Shown here piece by piece: positions 34,007 through 43,633 of a stretch of DNA of 64,000 nt. Every line of letters begins with the position of its first letter. Position 1 is the stretch's first letter. This DNA comes from a virus. The DNA is taken from the IMG/VR virus record IMGVR_UViG_3300044826_000112; one strand, given 5' to 3'. The notes beneath the pieces are model-generated. The model was not told where the DNA came from. It saw nothing but the letters and a program-made list of their open reading frames with translations, and did no database searches. Both the position numbers and the translations under genes were made by a program.

Positions 34007-34603
34007 ATGCGTGCTGCTAACTTTGAGATGTCTAGTGTCGGTCACATACATGTGATGCGTGTGTTCCCTCAGGGAGCTGAAGTGGAATACGTTACTCTGC
34101 TGCTCAAACCTGTGGTTGACAAGAGGAATCGGTTGCAAGGATTCTTCGAAGCAATCCTGGATATCGAGGGTCTCGATGGGATGTTCCCTAGAGTAGAGGT
34201 AGAGAACACTATGATGTTAAAAAGGGTCTTATCAGGCCTTGCAGATCGCAAAGAGATCATTGGAACTCTGCGTAAGCTGGGTATCGAAGATCCCGAAGTG
34301 ATCTACAACCGCCTGCTTGAGTTGAACCTTGTGAAAGGTGCAGTACCCGTAGTCAAACCCCGCGGTCGCTACAAGGATGTAGTGGTTGAGCTGTGGGGTG
34401 ATGAGACTGAAGAGCACGGTGTATACACCATCTCTTTGGAACGTCAAAAGGGTGAATACGTGATGATCGAGCGTGAAAACAATCGTGAAATCAGTCGTCG
34501 TCCGCAGCCAGGTATTACCATCGGTCGTACTGAACTGCGTGACACAGTCGCCTTGATCGAGAAGCTTGAAGGCTGCCGCCTGAAGCTCTTCGTTCAGAAC
34601 TAA
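34007..34603 (+). CDS. hypothetical protein
   Basis: AAGGA SD, terminator after. Confidence 0.7.
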   Translation: MRAANFEMSSVGHIHVMRVFPQGAEVEYVTLLLKPVVDKRNRLQGFFEAILDIEGLDGMFPRVEVENTMMLKRVLSGLADRKEIIGTLRKLGIEDPEVIYNRLLELNLVKGAVPVVKPRGRYKDVVVELWGDETEEHGVYTISLERQKGEYVMIERENNREISRRPQPGITIGRTELRDTVALIEKLEGCRLKLFVQN

Positions 34604-34645
34604 TCTAAGGGGTCTTCGGACCCCTTTTCTTACCTAGGAGACCAA

Positions 34646-35185
34646 ATGTTTTACACAGCAATCGCTGCAGTTAGTACAGAAGGGGCTATCGGGGCAGGCC
34701 TCGATTTGGCAGTCAAGAGCCGTGCCGATATGATTCACTTCGCAAATACCACAAAGGATGGCGTTGTGATTATGGGCTACAACACGGCTAAGAGCCTTAA
34801 GACGCCTCTGCCAGGCAGATCTAACTATGTGATTGGGTTCACGAGATCTATCAGAAGTAATCATACCTCCGATCTGGATCCTGGATTTACCCAGATATTC
34901 ACCCACCCAGACTCTCTTGAGAGCATCCTCCATATGATCGCAGCTAGTCATCCAGACCAATTGCTGTTCATCATCGGAGGAGCCAAGATGTACGAGGCGT
35001 GTGCACCCTACTGTAGTCGCCTGTATCTGACGGAAATCCCCAAGTCTAACCCGGATGCCGACGTGTTTTTCCCCAAAGAGGCGTTTTCAGGGTATAAAGA
35101 AGTTGGGAGACAAGATTTACAAGACGGTTCGGTGATCGTCGATTATGTAAATCCCCATTGCCTTTACGGTATCAGTGTAGTATAA
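34646..35185 (+). CDS. folA: dihydrofolate reductase
   Basis: IAAV...GAIG, D..HF...T, VIMG.NT..SL..PLPGR.N.V, IIGGAKMY, LYLTEI, DVFFP. Confidence 0.93.
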   Translation: MFYTAIAAVSTEGAIGAGLDLAVKSRADMIHFANTTKDGVVIMGYNTAKSLKTPLPGRSNYVIGFTRSIRSNHTSDLDPGFTQIFTHPDSLESILHMIAASHPDQLLFIIGGAKMYEACAPYCSRLYLTEIPKSNPDADVFFPKEAFSGYKEVGRQDLQDGSVIVDYVNPHCLYGISVV

Positions 35186-35476
35186 AGTAGTTAACTACCT
35201 GGAGGCACCGAATGATCCTGATCCTAGAAGTCCTAGCTAACCTGTTCGCATGCGTTTGCGGGTTCTTCCTCGACTCCGAATCGAGCTGGGATGTGGACTT
35301 TGATGCCAAACACCGTCAATCATTTAGCTCCAACCAGGTTCGACGCCCTAAACATAAGACTCCTCGCCGCCTCATCCGGGGCAGATCGGGGTTTACTTAG
35401 TGTAGGTGGTACGAGACCTGACGGTGACTAATTTCTTAAATGGCCCTCTTCGGAGGGCTTTTCTATTGGAGGAAGT

Positions 35477-35782
35477 ATGAGATCAGGTACCGCTGCACTC
35501 TTCATGAGTGCATCCTCGTCTGACAGTGTGTTCGAGGCCCTCTGTGCGGCTTACGCCATTCACTACGGGTCAGTCTCGTTGTATGACCTGACAGAGCAGA
35601 TCCGTGAGTTCTGGGGTGGCACTGGCCGCTACCATACTCGCATCGACAACTATCGCTGTCTCGCCAAGACCGGCCACCGCATTCGCGGGACCACCCAATA
35701 CATCATCGATAATCAATGGGCCTTGAACAACCCTGTTCAAATGGACCGCTATCGTGCCATCGCAAGGGAGCTTTTCGAATGA
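35477..35782 (+). CDS. hypothetical protein
   Basis: GGAGG SD. Confidence 0.65.
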   Translation: MRSGTAALFMSASSSDSVFEALCAAYAIHYGSVSLYDLTEQIREFWGGTGRYHTRIDNYRCLAKTGHRIRGTTQYIIDNQWALNNPVQMDRYRAIARELFE

Positions 35783-36579
35783 TCGACCGTCCAACTACTA
35801 TGATCCACCTGCTCAGCATGAGCCATCTGCATCGTGACCGCCTCTGGATTGCCGCTATGGCTCGCCAGACTCTCACGCAGGTAACCTCTAACCTCTGCCG
35901 TAGCATGGCGGAGCTGGGGTATGACATGTCCCTGCCTAACGGATACAACCAGCGTTTCTACAGCCTCAGTCATGCGTCTCGTCGTCAGTCGGTCAGTATG
36001 ACTTGGGCTCTGGATCCTACCCGCATGGGTCAGCATCAGAACTTGTCCTGGCGGCATTTCTTTGGCCTGATCCGCGGTATGGGTAACAGCTACGGTGCAA
36101 GCCTGTTGTGCACCCGTAACGGTAGTGCATCTTCGATCAGCTGGTCTGAAGACCCCAGCTCCAATCTGGCAGACTACTACATCACAGAAGGTCCGACAGT
36201 TCCTCCTCTGGATCTGCGTGCTGCGTACGACACTAACGTGTTCCCGAAGGTTATGGAGGTGCTGTGCATCTTCGGTTCGGTCTGTCTGGCCCAAGTTGCC
36301 ATGTATGGTAATGAAGCCCGGGCCATTCCGGACTTGTCCCCGCTGCTGGATCAGCTTATCCCACTGCTGTCAGATGAAGACAAGGTCATCTTGACCAACT
36401 TCTTGACGCACAACTCAGCGGTTCGCCTGCTGTGCCGCAGCCACATTGCCATCATGGAGGGGCGAAATGTACCTGGATCCACTACTGAAGCCGCTGTCGG
36501 AGATGCAGACGCACAAACTGCTGAAGCTACCTGTGCCGCTCAAGACGTACCAGGAACTCCTGCTGCTGATCAAGGCTGA
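35779..36579 (+). CDS. hypothetical protein
   Basis: ATGA coupling. Confidence 0.65.
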   Translation: MIDRPTTMIHLLSMSHLHRDRLWIAAMARQTLTQVTSNLCRSMAELGYDMSLPNGYNQRFYSLSHASRRQSVSMTWALDPTRMGQHQNLSWRHFFGLIRGMGNSYGASLLCTRNGSASSISWSEDPSSNLADYYITEGPTVPPLDLRAAYDTNVFPKVMEVLCIFGSVCLAQVAMYGNEARAIPDLSPLLDQLIPLLSDEDKVILTNFLTHNSAVRLLCRSHIAIMEGRNVPGSTTEAAVGDADAQTAEATCAAQDVPGTPAADQG

Positions 36580-36682
36580 TATCAAGCGAGATTACCCGGG
36601 TCTGACCATCCTTCAAGTATTGGAGATGGACACACCTACGGAATCTTGATAGGGTTGTAACAGTCGATACCGGGAGGTGCCC

Positions 36683-36895
36683 ATGGCGGACTTCGTATAT
36701 GTGGTCAAGGCTGTTACCAAGAACCTTGAAGAGGATGTAATCGGACTGACTCGTAGGGGATGCCCAACTGCGGCTCCTGGCTCTCACCACATCTGGGATG
36801 ATGAGGATGAAGCCTACGACTTTATGTTGAAAGCTGAAAGGTGCTTCAGTAAAGCCGTCTACCCGATCATGTACGTGCAACCTATCCGAGTATGA
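36683..36895 (+). CDS. small hypothetical protein
   Basis: GGAGG SD, terminator after. Confidence 0.6.
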   Translation: MADFVYVVKAVTKNLEEDVIGLTRRGCPTAAPGSHHIWDDEDEAYDFMLKAERCFSKAVYPIMYVQPIRV

Positions 36896-36959
36896 CGAGG
36901 GCTCCTTCGGGAGCCCTACTTCTTGCTCTTCCGTCTCCTTTTAGCTATCATTCAGTTAT

Positions 36960-37035
36960 GCCCCAGTAGTTCAGTGGATAGAGCAACCGCCTTCTAAGCG
37001 GTGAGTCGTAGGTTCGAATCCTACCTGGGGTGCCA
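36960..37035 (+). tRNA. tRNA-Arg(TCT)
   Basis: Cloverleaf, loop CTTCTAA, CCA. Confidence 0.95.
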
Positions 37036-37132
37036 CTCTCCTTTTCAATTTTCAGCATATAGCTCCGGTATAAGTACTACGTAGAGGAGGATATACCCTC
37101 CACTTTCTATTACTCACCACCAGGAGACTATC

Positions 37133-37411
37133 ATGTCTACACTTCCGGATACCTCGAACATGGTCATGATGACCGTGAATGATCTCATTGCCTTGCAAGA
37201 GAAAGCTGAAGACAAGCCGAAAGAATACTCCGTCGGAGATGCCATCGGCGGCATCCTCGGGGTTGCTCTGATCGGCGGAGGTCTGTACCTCGCCTGCTCT
37301 GGTCTGAACTCCAGCATGAGCAAAGACCGCCAGTACACCAAAGACATGGAACACGAAGTTAATGATCTTCGTACCCGTCTGGAAGCCCTCAAACAAGCCA
37401 CAGGTAAATAA
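37133..37411 (+). CDS. single-TM coiled-coil protein, tandem paralog 1
   Basis: TM + E.NDL..RL..LK..TGK tail. Confidence 0.75.
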   Translation: MSTLPDTSNMVMMTVNDLIALQEKAEDKPKEYSVGDAIGGILGVALIGGGLYLACSGLNSSMSKDRQYTKDMEHEVNDLRTRLEALKQATGK

Positions 37412-37413
37412 TC

Positions 37414-37695
37414 ATGGAACTGAAACTCGAGAATGACTTCCTGGCGTTGGTAAATGCTGACCGCTATCAGGAACTGAAAGAACAAGCCGCTGCCAATGAG
37501 AACGCCTCTCAGAGCGTGCTGGAAACTACCCTGCAGGTTGCCACTGGTGCGATCATCGTGGGTGCCATCGGGTACATGGGTTATGCAGTGCATGACTCCA
37601 TCAAGCAATCCGAGAAGCGTTCTGAACTGCGTCGTGAAAAGAACGACCTGGCAGACCGTCTGGCAGAACTCAAGCGGAAAACCGAGAAGGAATAA
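37414..37695 (+). CDS. single-TM coiled-coil protein, tandem paralog 2
   Basis: Same architecture. Confidence 0.75.
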   Translation: MELKLENDFLALVNADRYQELKEQAAANENASQSVLETTLQVATGAIIVGAIGYMGYAVHDSIKQSEKRSELRREKNDLADRLAELKRKTEKE

Positions 37696-37698
37696 GTC

Positions 37699-37962
37699 AT
37701 GGAACTGGCTACTGGTAAGGTGATGATCTCCCAAGATCATCTGGAGATGATGCGGTTCGATGCGAGCCGCTCTGAGCGTAGTACTACTGCGGCGGTCGTA
37801 TCGACTGCCGTTATGGTTGGGGCAGCGGTGGCGGTGGGTTATGTTGTCTATTCAGATGTCAAAGACGGTCGAGATCACAGGGCCCGGATGGAAAAAATGC
37901 ACAACGAGCACGACGACCTCAAACGCCGAATCGCTGAGCTTACAAAGAAGAAGGACGCATAA
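37699..37962 (+). CDS. single-TM coiled-coil protein, tandem paralog 3
   Basis: Same architecture. Confidence 0.75.
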   Translation: MELATGKVMISQDHLEMMRFDASRSERSTTAAVVSTAVMVGAAVAVGYVVYSDVKDGRDHRARMEKMHNEHDDLKRRIAELTKKKDA

Positions 37963-37963
37963 G

Positions 37964-38254
37964 ATGGAAACTTTCGAGTACACAGGTCCCATGCGTATCA
38001 TGGACAAGAGTGATCTGGAATCCATGATCACCAAGATCGACAAGATCGAAGCCTCTATGGAGCCGGGTGCAGTTGAAGTGGCCCTCAAAGGTCTGTCTGC
38101 TGCAGTAATCGTTGGTGCCGGTCTGTACTTCATGTCGAAGTCTAGCTCGGACTCAACCCCGGTTCGGGCCGCTCGTGAAGCCACTATCGCTCGTGAGAAC
38201 GAGAACCTGGCTACCCGTCTGGCTGAACTCAAGCGTAAGACAGGTAAGGAGTAG
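37964..38254 (+). CDS. single-TM coiled-coil protein, tandem paralog 4
   Basis: Same architecture; start ATG 37964. Confidence 0.75.
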   Translation: METFEYTGPMRIMDKSDLESMITKIDKIEASMEPGAVEVALKGLSAAVIVGAGLYFMSKSSSDSTPVRAAREATIARENENLATRLAELKRKTGKE

Positions 38255-38257
38255 GCC

Positions 38258-38494
38258 ATGCTGGGACCAGCCCTGCTGTTCGGCCTGATAATGCAGGTCA
38301 AGAAAGATCGGGCTAACGCGGCTGCCGAAGAGATCCTCAGGAACATGGAGCCTATCTATGTTCCTGAAGGAGAAGCTCCGCTGAACGAGAAAGCCCTTGA
38401 GCGGATCCAGAATCTGCTCGATAAAGTTGACACTGTGGCCCAAGGTGTGGAGAATGCCTCGGTCACAGTGAAATCTATGAAGGAAGGGCAATAA
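38258..38494 (+). CDS. small membrane-anchored protein
   Basis: AAGGAG SD. Confidence 0.65.
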   Translation: MLGPALLFGLIMQVKKDRANAAAEEILRNMEPIYVPEGEAPLNEKALERIQNLLDKVDTVAQGVENASVTVKSMKEGQ

Positions 38495-38539
38495 GCTCTT
38501 CTTTTAGTCAACTTTTAGCCATTAGGGGGTATAACCATT

Positions 38540-38677
38540 ATGGGAGAACCTAGCTTTATCAAAAAGGTTGTCCGGGATCCTATGTTCCGCCACAAGGTTG
38601 AGAAGCCTGGCAAGGGCAAAGGTTCTTATCAACGTAAGCCAAAAGGAAGTAAGAATGACCCTGTACGCGAAGATTAA
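38540..38677 (+). CDS. arfA: alternative ribosome rescue factor A homolog (45 aa, not in ORF track)
   Basis: DPMFRHKVEKPGKGKGSYQRK matches ArfA [21 protein letters not shown]. Confidence 0.85.
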   Translation: MGEPSFIKKVVRDPMFRHKVEKPGKGKGSYQRKPKGSKNDPVRED

Positions 38678-39083
38678 GGCTGATTGCCTTGTGCTCCGTA
38701 AGGAACAACAGAAGGAAGAAGCAGGCGTTCTGCTTGTTGTTTTAGGTGATGCCGAGACTCGGGCTAAGCAGCTCAGTCCTGCTATGCTGGAAGCTGACGG
38801 CTCTCTTCCGGATCACGAAGTTCTGAAGATCATCAAGAAGAACATCGATGATGCCATCACCACCCTCAACGCCAAGAAGGACAACCAGAAAGCCCAGCTG
38901 ACTCGTGCCCTTCTCGAGCCCTATATGCCAACCATGCTGACTGCCGAAGAGCTCCAGGACATCCTGACCTCTGCGGTAGAAGTAGAGAGCCTCGGCTCTG
39001 CAATGAAATTCCTCAAAGAGAACTATGCCGGTAAGTATGACGGCAAGATCGCTTCTGAAGTTGCCCGTAACATGTTCGCCTAA
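38655..39083 (+). CDS. GatB/YqeY domain protein
   Basis: L..KIK.D.....K; D.EVL.II.K.I; LEPYMP.MLT.EEL; G.AM..LK....GK.DGK..S. Confidence 0.85.
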   Translation: MTLYAKIKADCLVLRKEQQKEEAGVLLVVLGDAETRAKQLSPAMLEADGSLPDHEVLKIIKKNIDDAITTLNAKKDNQKAQLTRALLEPYMPTMLTAEELQDILTSAVEVESLGSAMKFLKENYAGKYDGKIASEVARNMFA

Positions 39084-39092
39084 GGAGGCAAA

Positions 39093-40415
39093 ATGAACAT
39101 TAATCTCAAGAAACTGCTCGGTATTGGTGCAGCTGGTCTGCTCGGTGCTGTCATCCTCGTCTACGGTCTGTTCGGCTGGATCTACGTAGCTGGCGGTGAG
39201 TATGCCCGAATTCAGAAGCCTGATGGCTCCTATGAATGGCACGTCACCAACGGCTTCAAGGTGAAGACTCCGTTCCTGGATCGCTACGAGATCTTCAACC
39301 AGTACAACACCATCGACATGACCGATGGCGAGAACCCTACTGCAACGATCGATCTGCCGTTGCACAAGGTTAACTTCAACGATACCTACACCATGGATAT
39401 CGGCGTAACTGCCCGCTACTCCTTGATGCCGGATCCGGAGAAGCTGGAAATCATGTACCAGGCGAACAAGACCAACAAGGCCTTGGTTGCCAGCACCATG
39501 GTGCCGAACCTGCGTAACCTGTTGAGCCAGACTGCCAACCAGTTCCGCGGTGAGGACTACCTCCAGGGTGGTCAGAACGAGTTCCAAGCTCGTCTTTACT
39601 TCCAAGCTGAGAATGGCCTGTACGTTACCGAGCGTGTTAAGCGTGAAGTGGACGTTGAATCTGGCTACTCTGCCGACGTGAACGCTTCTGCTAACGCCGA
39701 AGGTACCAAGCAGACCAAGGCTATGGCCTGGGTTGTGGACATCGTTCGCGATGATCAAGGTAAGCCGATCACTCAAGAGAGCCAGCTGGCCAAGTTCGGC
39801 GTCATGCTGGATCTGATTGAGATCAACAAGTTCATTCCGGATCCCGATCTGGAAGCCTTCATGACTCAAAAGCGTGCCAAGATCCGTGAACGTGCCGGTA
39901 TCGTTGAAGACCAGCGTAACGCTCGTGAAGCTCAAGTAACTGCCCGCCTGATGGGTGAGAAAGAGCGTATCGAAGAGCGTAACAAGGCTCTGAAAGCTAA
40001 AGACCGTGCCGTTATTACCGAATCCCAGCAGGTAGCAGTTGAACAAGAACGTGCCAAGCTGGAAATCGTTAAGAAGGACAAGGAACTGAAGATCGCTCAG
40101 GCGAACGAAGGTATCCAAAAGGCCAACTACGAGGCTGCCAAGTATGAAGCTCTGGCTATCAAAGAGACCGGCTTGGCCGAAGCTCAGGTAGAAGACGCCA
40201 AGTATAAGGCTAAAGATCGTCAGCTCTACATGAAAGAGCTGGAGCTGGAAAACAACAAGCACCTGTACAATGCTCTGCCGGCCCTCAAGGTCCAGATGCC
40301 TCAGTACGTGCAGATGGGTGGCCAGAGTGGCATGAACAGCAACCTGGAAGCTATGTCCTCTCTCAAGCTGATGGAAGGCTTGGGTATGAGTACTCCAGCG
40401 ACTCCTGCCAAGTAA
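39093..40415 (+). CDS. SPFH (band 7/flotillin-like) membrane protein
   Basis: N-term TM, GFKVKTPF, band-7 core, long AE-rich coiled coil. Confidence 0.85.
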   Translation: MNINLKKLLGIGAAGLLGAVILVYGLFGWIYVAGGEYARIQKPDGSYEWHVTNGFKVKTPFLDRYEIFNQYNTIDMTDGENPTATIDLPLHKVNFNDTYTMDIGVTARYSLMPDPEKLEIMYQANKTNKALVASTMVPNLRNLLSQTANQFRGEDYLQGGQNEFQARLYFQAENGLYVTERVKREVDVESGYSADVNASANAEGTKQTKAMAWVVDIVRDDQGKPITQESQLAKFGVMLDLIEINKFIPDPDLEAFMTQKRAKIRERAGIVEDQRNAREAQVTARLMGEKERIEERNKALKAKDRAVITESQQVAVEQERAKLEIVKKDKELKIAQANEGIQKANYEAAKYEALAIKETGLAEAQVEDAKYKAKDRQLYMKELELENNKHLYNALPALKVQMPQYVQMGGQSGMNSNLEAMSSLKLMEGLGMSTPATPAK

Positions 40416-40468
40416 GGCAGACTAAAGGCCCTCTCCGGAGGGCCTTTTCTTTTACCTAAGGAGTAGGT

Positions 40469-40654
40469 ATGGAGATTTTCTTAGAGGTAATCGCTCTGAT
40501 GGGACTCTTGTCTGTTGCGATAATCGCCTACATAGTCGGCTTAGTGGTCGCAATGGTGACGGAGGAGCTGCTATTGGGAGGAGCTGCGTTCGTCGGAGTA
40601 GTTGTTGTTGCGTATTACTTCTGGCAATACCTCTCAACAACGGTGGCATCTTAA
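40469..40654 (+). CDS. small 2-TM membrane protein
   Basis: AAGGAG SD, hydrophobic. Confidence 0.65.
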   Translation: MEIFLEVIALMGLLSVAIIAYIVGLVVAMVTEELLLGGAAFVGVVVVAYYFWQYLSTTVAS

Positions 40655-40664
40655 CGGTATAAGT

Positions 40665-40751
40665 AAGTTAGAGATGTGATAGCTGTAGATCCTGTACGAC
40701 AGATTTGGGCCACTTGGCCGCCCGGCTTACGCAAATTCCCCGGGTTTTTTT
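40665..40751 (+). ncRNA. candidate small RNA (~85 nt)
   Basis: GGTATAAG promoter, hairpins, CCCGG/CCGGG + T7 end. Confidence 0.45.
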
Positions 40752-40782
40752 ACTATCGCTGAGCGATTCGGGTATAAGTACT

Positions 40783-40948
40783 ATGTGCCAGAGGAAGCGT
40801 ATAACTCTGACACTCTCGACCGCAAGAATCAGACTCCGTCTACTCTGCAGATGCCCGCCAAGCGTCAATGCAGAATCCCATCGCTAGCGGTCGAGAGTTT
40901 CAAAAGGAATGAAAAACGTGAAGAACTCGCAAATAAGGAGTCGGAATC
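40783..40948 (+). promoter_or_regulatory. structured 5' leader / riboswitch-like element
   Basis: 12-bp perfect stem 40812..40823/40887..40898; internal GACTCC complementary to SD GGAGTC. Confidence 0.5.
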
Positions 40949-41344
40949 GTGCAGGTCGCAAATCTAGGAACTATCACCGGTGAAACTGCAGTATTAACCG
41001 GGTGTCTGAACCTAGAAGGCGACTTCGCCATACAGGCTGAGGATGGTGCATTCCTCAACTTCTTTCCAGTGCACTACCCGGACGGGTATGTACGTAAGAA
41101 CTGGTCCGTAGAATTTCGCACCGACGGCTGGTATTTACATACATCATGTTCGGTTTTGAATGGCAAGGTTGAGTGTCCATTTAAAGCACAGCTCTGTATG
41201 GAGTTGGTTCGAGGCTCATTGGAATGGACAAAGGGTCTAAGGTTAATCTCAAGGATTTGCCGAGGGGATATCAGTAAGATCACAACTACTATGAGGATGC
41301 TTCAAAATGCAGGCTTAATCACGGGTACTAATCGGGAAGAATAA
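40949..41344 (+). CDS. hypothetical protein
   Basis: AAGGAG SD before GTG. Confidence 0.6.
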   Translation: MQVANLGTITGETAVLTGCLNLEGDFAIQAEDGAFLNFFPVHYPDGYVRKNWSVEFRTDGWYLHTSCSVLNGKVECPFKAQLCMELVRGSLEWTKGLRLISRICRGDISKITTTMRMLQNAGLITGTNREE

Positions 41345-41399
41345 CAACACCACTCATGGGGGCTCGCACAGGCCCCCATATCAATCCAAAGGAGACAGT

Positions 41400-42014
41400 A
41401 TGTCTAAAGCACTAGACCCGATTTCTTTAGCTATCGCGAAAGCCTCGTGGTGGCATGGCGAACAGAAACGCAAGTACACCAACGATGACTACATCGTTCA
41501 CCCTATTGAAGTCATGAACTTCCTAGCCTTGTTTACTCAGGACGAGGCAGTCATGGTGGCAGCCATCCTGCACGACGTAGTAGAAGATACCCCCGCCACC
41601 GTTCAGGAAGTCGAAGCTATCTTCGGTGAGGACGTAGCCAAACTGGTATTCGGCATGTCGGAACCTGAAGTACCGGCAGGTACCAACCGCGGGGAGCGGA
41701 AGGAAATCTACCGCCTACATCTGGAGAAGCAATGCTGGCGGACCAAGATGATCAAGTTTGGGGATATCTACTCGAACACCAAAGATATCGCTATGCACGA
41801 TCCTGACTTTGCTGTAGTCTACTTGGCCGAAATCCAGCGTACTATCAACTCGATCGATGATAACCGTATCCCGCTCCTGCTCCGCCAAATGGTCAAAGAG
41901 CAGGTCAAGCTGGCTAAGCTGTACGTTGATCAGTTCCAGGCCAACAAGAAGTTGGTCAAGAAGCTGAGCAATATCAGAACTATTACCGAAACCATCAAAG
42001 GAGAACTGCTATGA
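41400..42014 (+). CDS. RelA/SpoT-type HD hydrolase (small alarmone hydrolase/Mesh1-like)
   Basis: H..Q.RK....YIVHP.EV; AAILHDVVEDT; FG..VA.LV; IK.GD..SN. Confidence 0.88.
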   Translation: MSKALDPISLAIAKASWWHGEQKRKYTNDDYIVHPIEVMNFLALFTQDEAVMVAAILHDVVEDTPATVQEVEAIFGEDVAKLVFGMSEPEVPAGTNRGERKEIYRLHLEKQCWRTKMIKFGDIYSNTKDIAMHDPDFAVVYLAEIQRTINSIDDNRIPLLLRQMVKEQVKLAKLYVDQFQANKKLVKKLSNIRTITETIKGELL

Positions 42015-43600
42015 AGAACTATCTGAACAACGCTCTTGGTCGTGCCCACCTGGCTAACGTAGAAGGCGTGGACGTCAAACTTCCCGGCCAAGTACGTACT
42101 CACGGCGGTGGTTTCGCCTTCGAGATCACTCCTGAAGTGCTGCTCGAACGCTTCCTGATCCTGGGTACCACTACCTCTCAGTACGTCGGTCCAGACAAGC
42201 TGGCAGTAGACGCTCTCGGCCGTCTGATGCCGCACATCGCTCTGAACCCGGTGACCGTGGCTCGTACCGCGGTAGAAGCCGTGGAGCAGAACCGTGTGCT
42301 GTCAAAGGTACCTGCTCTTTTCGTTTACGCTACAGCTCACACTGTGGCCACCTCTGGTGAACACCGTCGTGCCATCGCTCTGATGCTGCCTCGTATCGTC
42401 AACACCTTCTCCGACCTTCAGACCCTACTGGGTTTCGTAGCGAACACTCATAACAAGGGTATCGCTACCAGCTTGGTCAAGGCATGCCGTCGCTACCTGT
42501 ACAACATGCCGATCGACAAGATGATCAACCAGGCTCTGAAGTACCGTAAGCGTGCCGGCTGGGCAGTTCTGGACATGCTGCGTGTCATCCACCCTGTGCC
42601 GAAGGATAACGACCAGAACTTCCTGTACGGTTACATCGTGGAGAACGATGAAGCCCGTGCAGAAGCTTGCCGTCGCTTCCCGATGGTAGCAGCCTTCGAA
42701 GCTGCCAAGGTGCTGGATGATCACAACCTGATCGTCAAGCTGATCAAGGACAACGGTCTGACTTGGGAGCACGTACCTACCGAGCACCTGAACAACAAGT
42801 GGGTTTGGAAGGCTCTGCTGCCCAACCTGCCGATGACCGCTCTGATCCGTAACCTGCCGAAGATCTCTTCTGTAGGTGCGATCGATGACACCTTGTCTCT
42901 GGACATCGTGCTGGACAAGCTGAAGCCGGAGATCGTGGCAAAGGCTAAGGTTCACCCCTTCCGTCTTTACCTGGCATGGTACGGCTATGGCCAAGGCGGC
43001 AACCGCAACATGTCCTGGACTCCTAATCAGCGTATCCTCGCTGCTCTGGAGACCTGCCTGTATGCGGCATTCGCCAACGTAGAGGTGAAGGGTAAGGTGT
43101 GCATCGGCTCTGACATCTCAGGCTCTATGTGGTGGGATGACTCTCGCATCAACCGTACTGGTCCGTATGCAGGCGATGCAGCCGGCATGCTGGCAGCCAC
43201 CTTCAAGGCAGCTAATCCGGAAACTGACGTGTTCTACTTCTCCGGCCAGCTGGTCAAGGCGGCGTTCGACCCGATGTCTTTGAAGTCGGTCAACATCGAC
43301 ATGCACAAGCATCACATGGGTAGCACCAACCCAGGTTTGCTGATCTCCAAGGCCATCAAGGATAAGGTCAGATACGATGCCTTCATCGTCCTGACTGATA
43401 ATGACGTGAACAGTGGTCGTCACTCCCAGCAACTGCTGGAGACCTACCGTGCCACCGTCAATCCGAAGGCCAAGCTGATCGTCGTCGGTATGACTGCGAA
43501 CAACTTCTCCATCTCCAGCCCGGATGACGTCCTGTCTATGGACATCGCCGGTATGGACGCAGGGATCATGACTGCGATCGAGAAGTTCATCGCAATGTAA
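42011..43600 (+). CDS. Ro60/Rsr-like TROVE + vWA domain RNA-binding protein
   Basis: GGFAF....LERFLILG....Y; KYRKR.GW...D.LR..HP; LTWEHVP; LP.TALIRNL; HPF; DISGSM (MIDAS); LTDND. Confidence 0.92.
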   Translation: MKNYLNNALGRAHLANVEGVDVKLPGQVRTHGGGFAFEITPEVLLERFLILGTTTSQYVGPDKLAVDALGRLMPHIALNPVTVARTAVEAVEQNRVLSKVPALFVYATAHTVATSGEHRRAIALMLPRIVNTFSDLQTLLGFVANTHNKGIATSLVKACRRYLYNMPIDKMINQALKYRKRAGWAVLDMLRVIHPVPKDNDQNFLYGYIVENDEARAEACRRFPMVAAFEAAKVLDDHNLIVKLIKDNGLTWEHVPTEHLNNKWVWKALLPNLPMTALIRNLPKISSVGAIDDTLSLDIVLDKLKPEIVAKAKVHPFRLYLAWYGYGQGGNRNMSWTPNQRILAALETCLYAAFANVEVKGKVCIGSDISGSMWWDDSRINRTGPYAGDAAGMLAATFKAANPETDVFYFSGQLVKAAFDPMSLKSVNIDMHKHHMGSTNPGLLISKAIKDKVRYDAFIVLTDNDVNSGRHSQQLLETYRATVNPKAKLIVVGMTANNFSISSPDDVLSMDIAGMDAGIMTAIEKFIAM

Positions 43601-43633
43601 TTCAACATTTGGGGTATTACGGGTATAAATATT

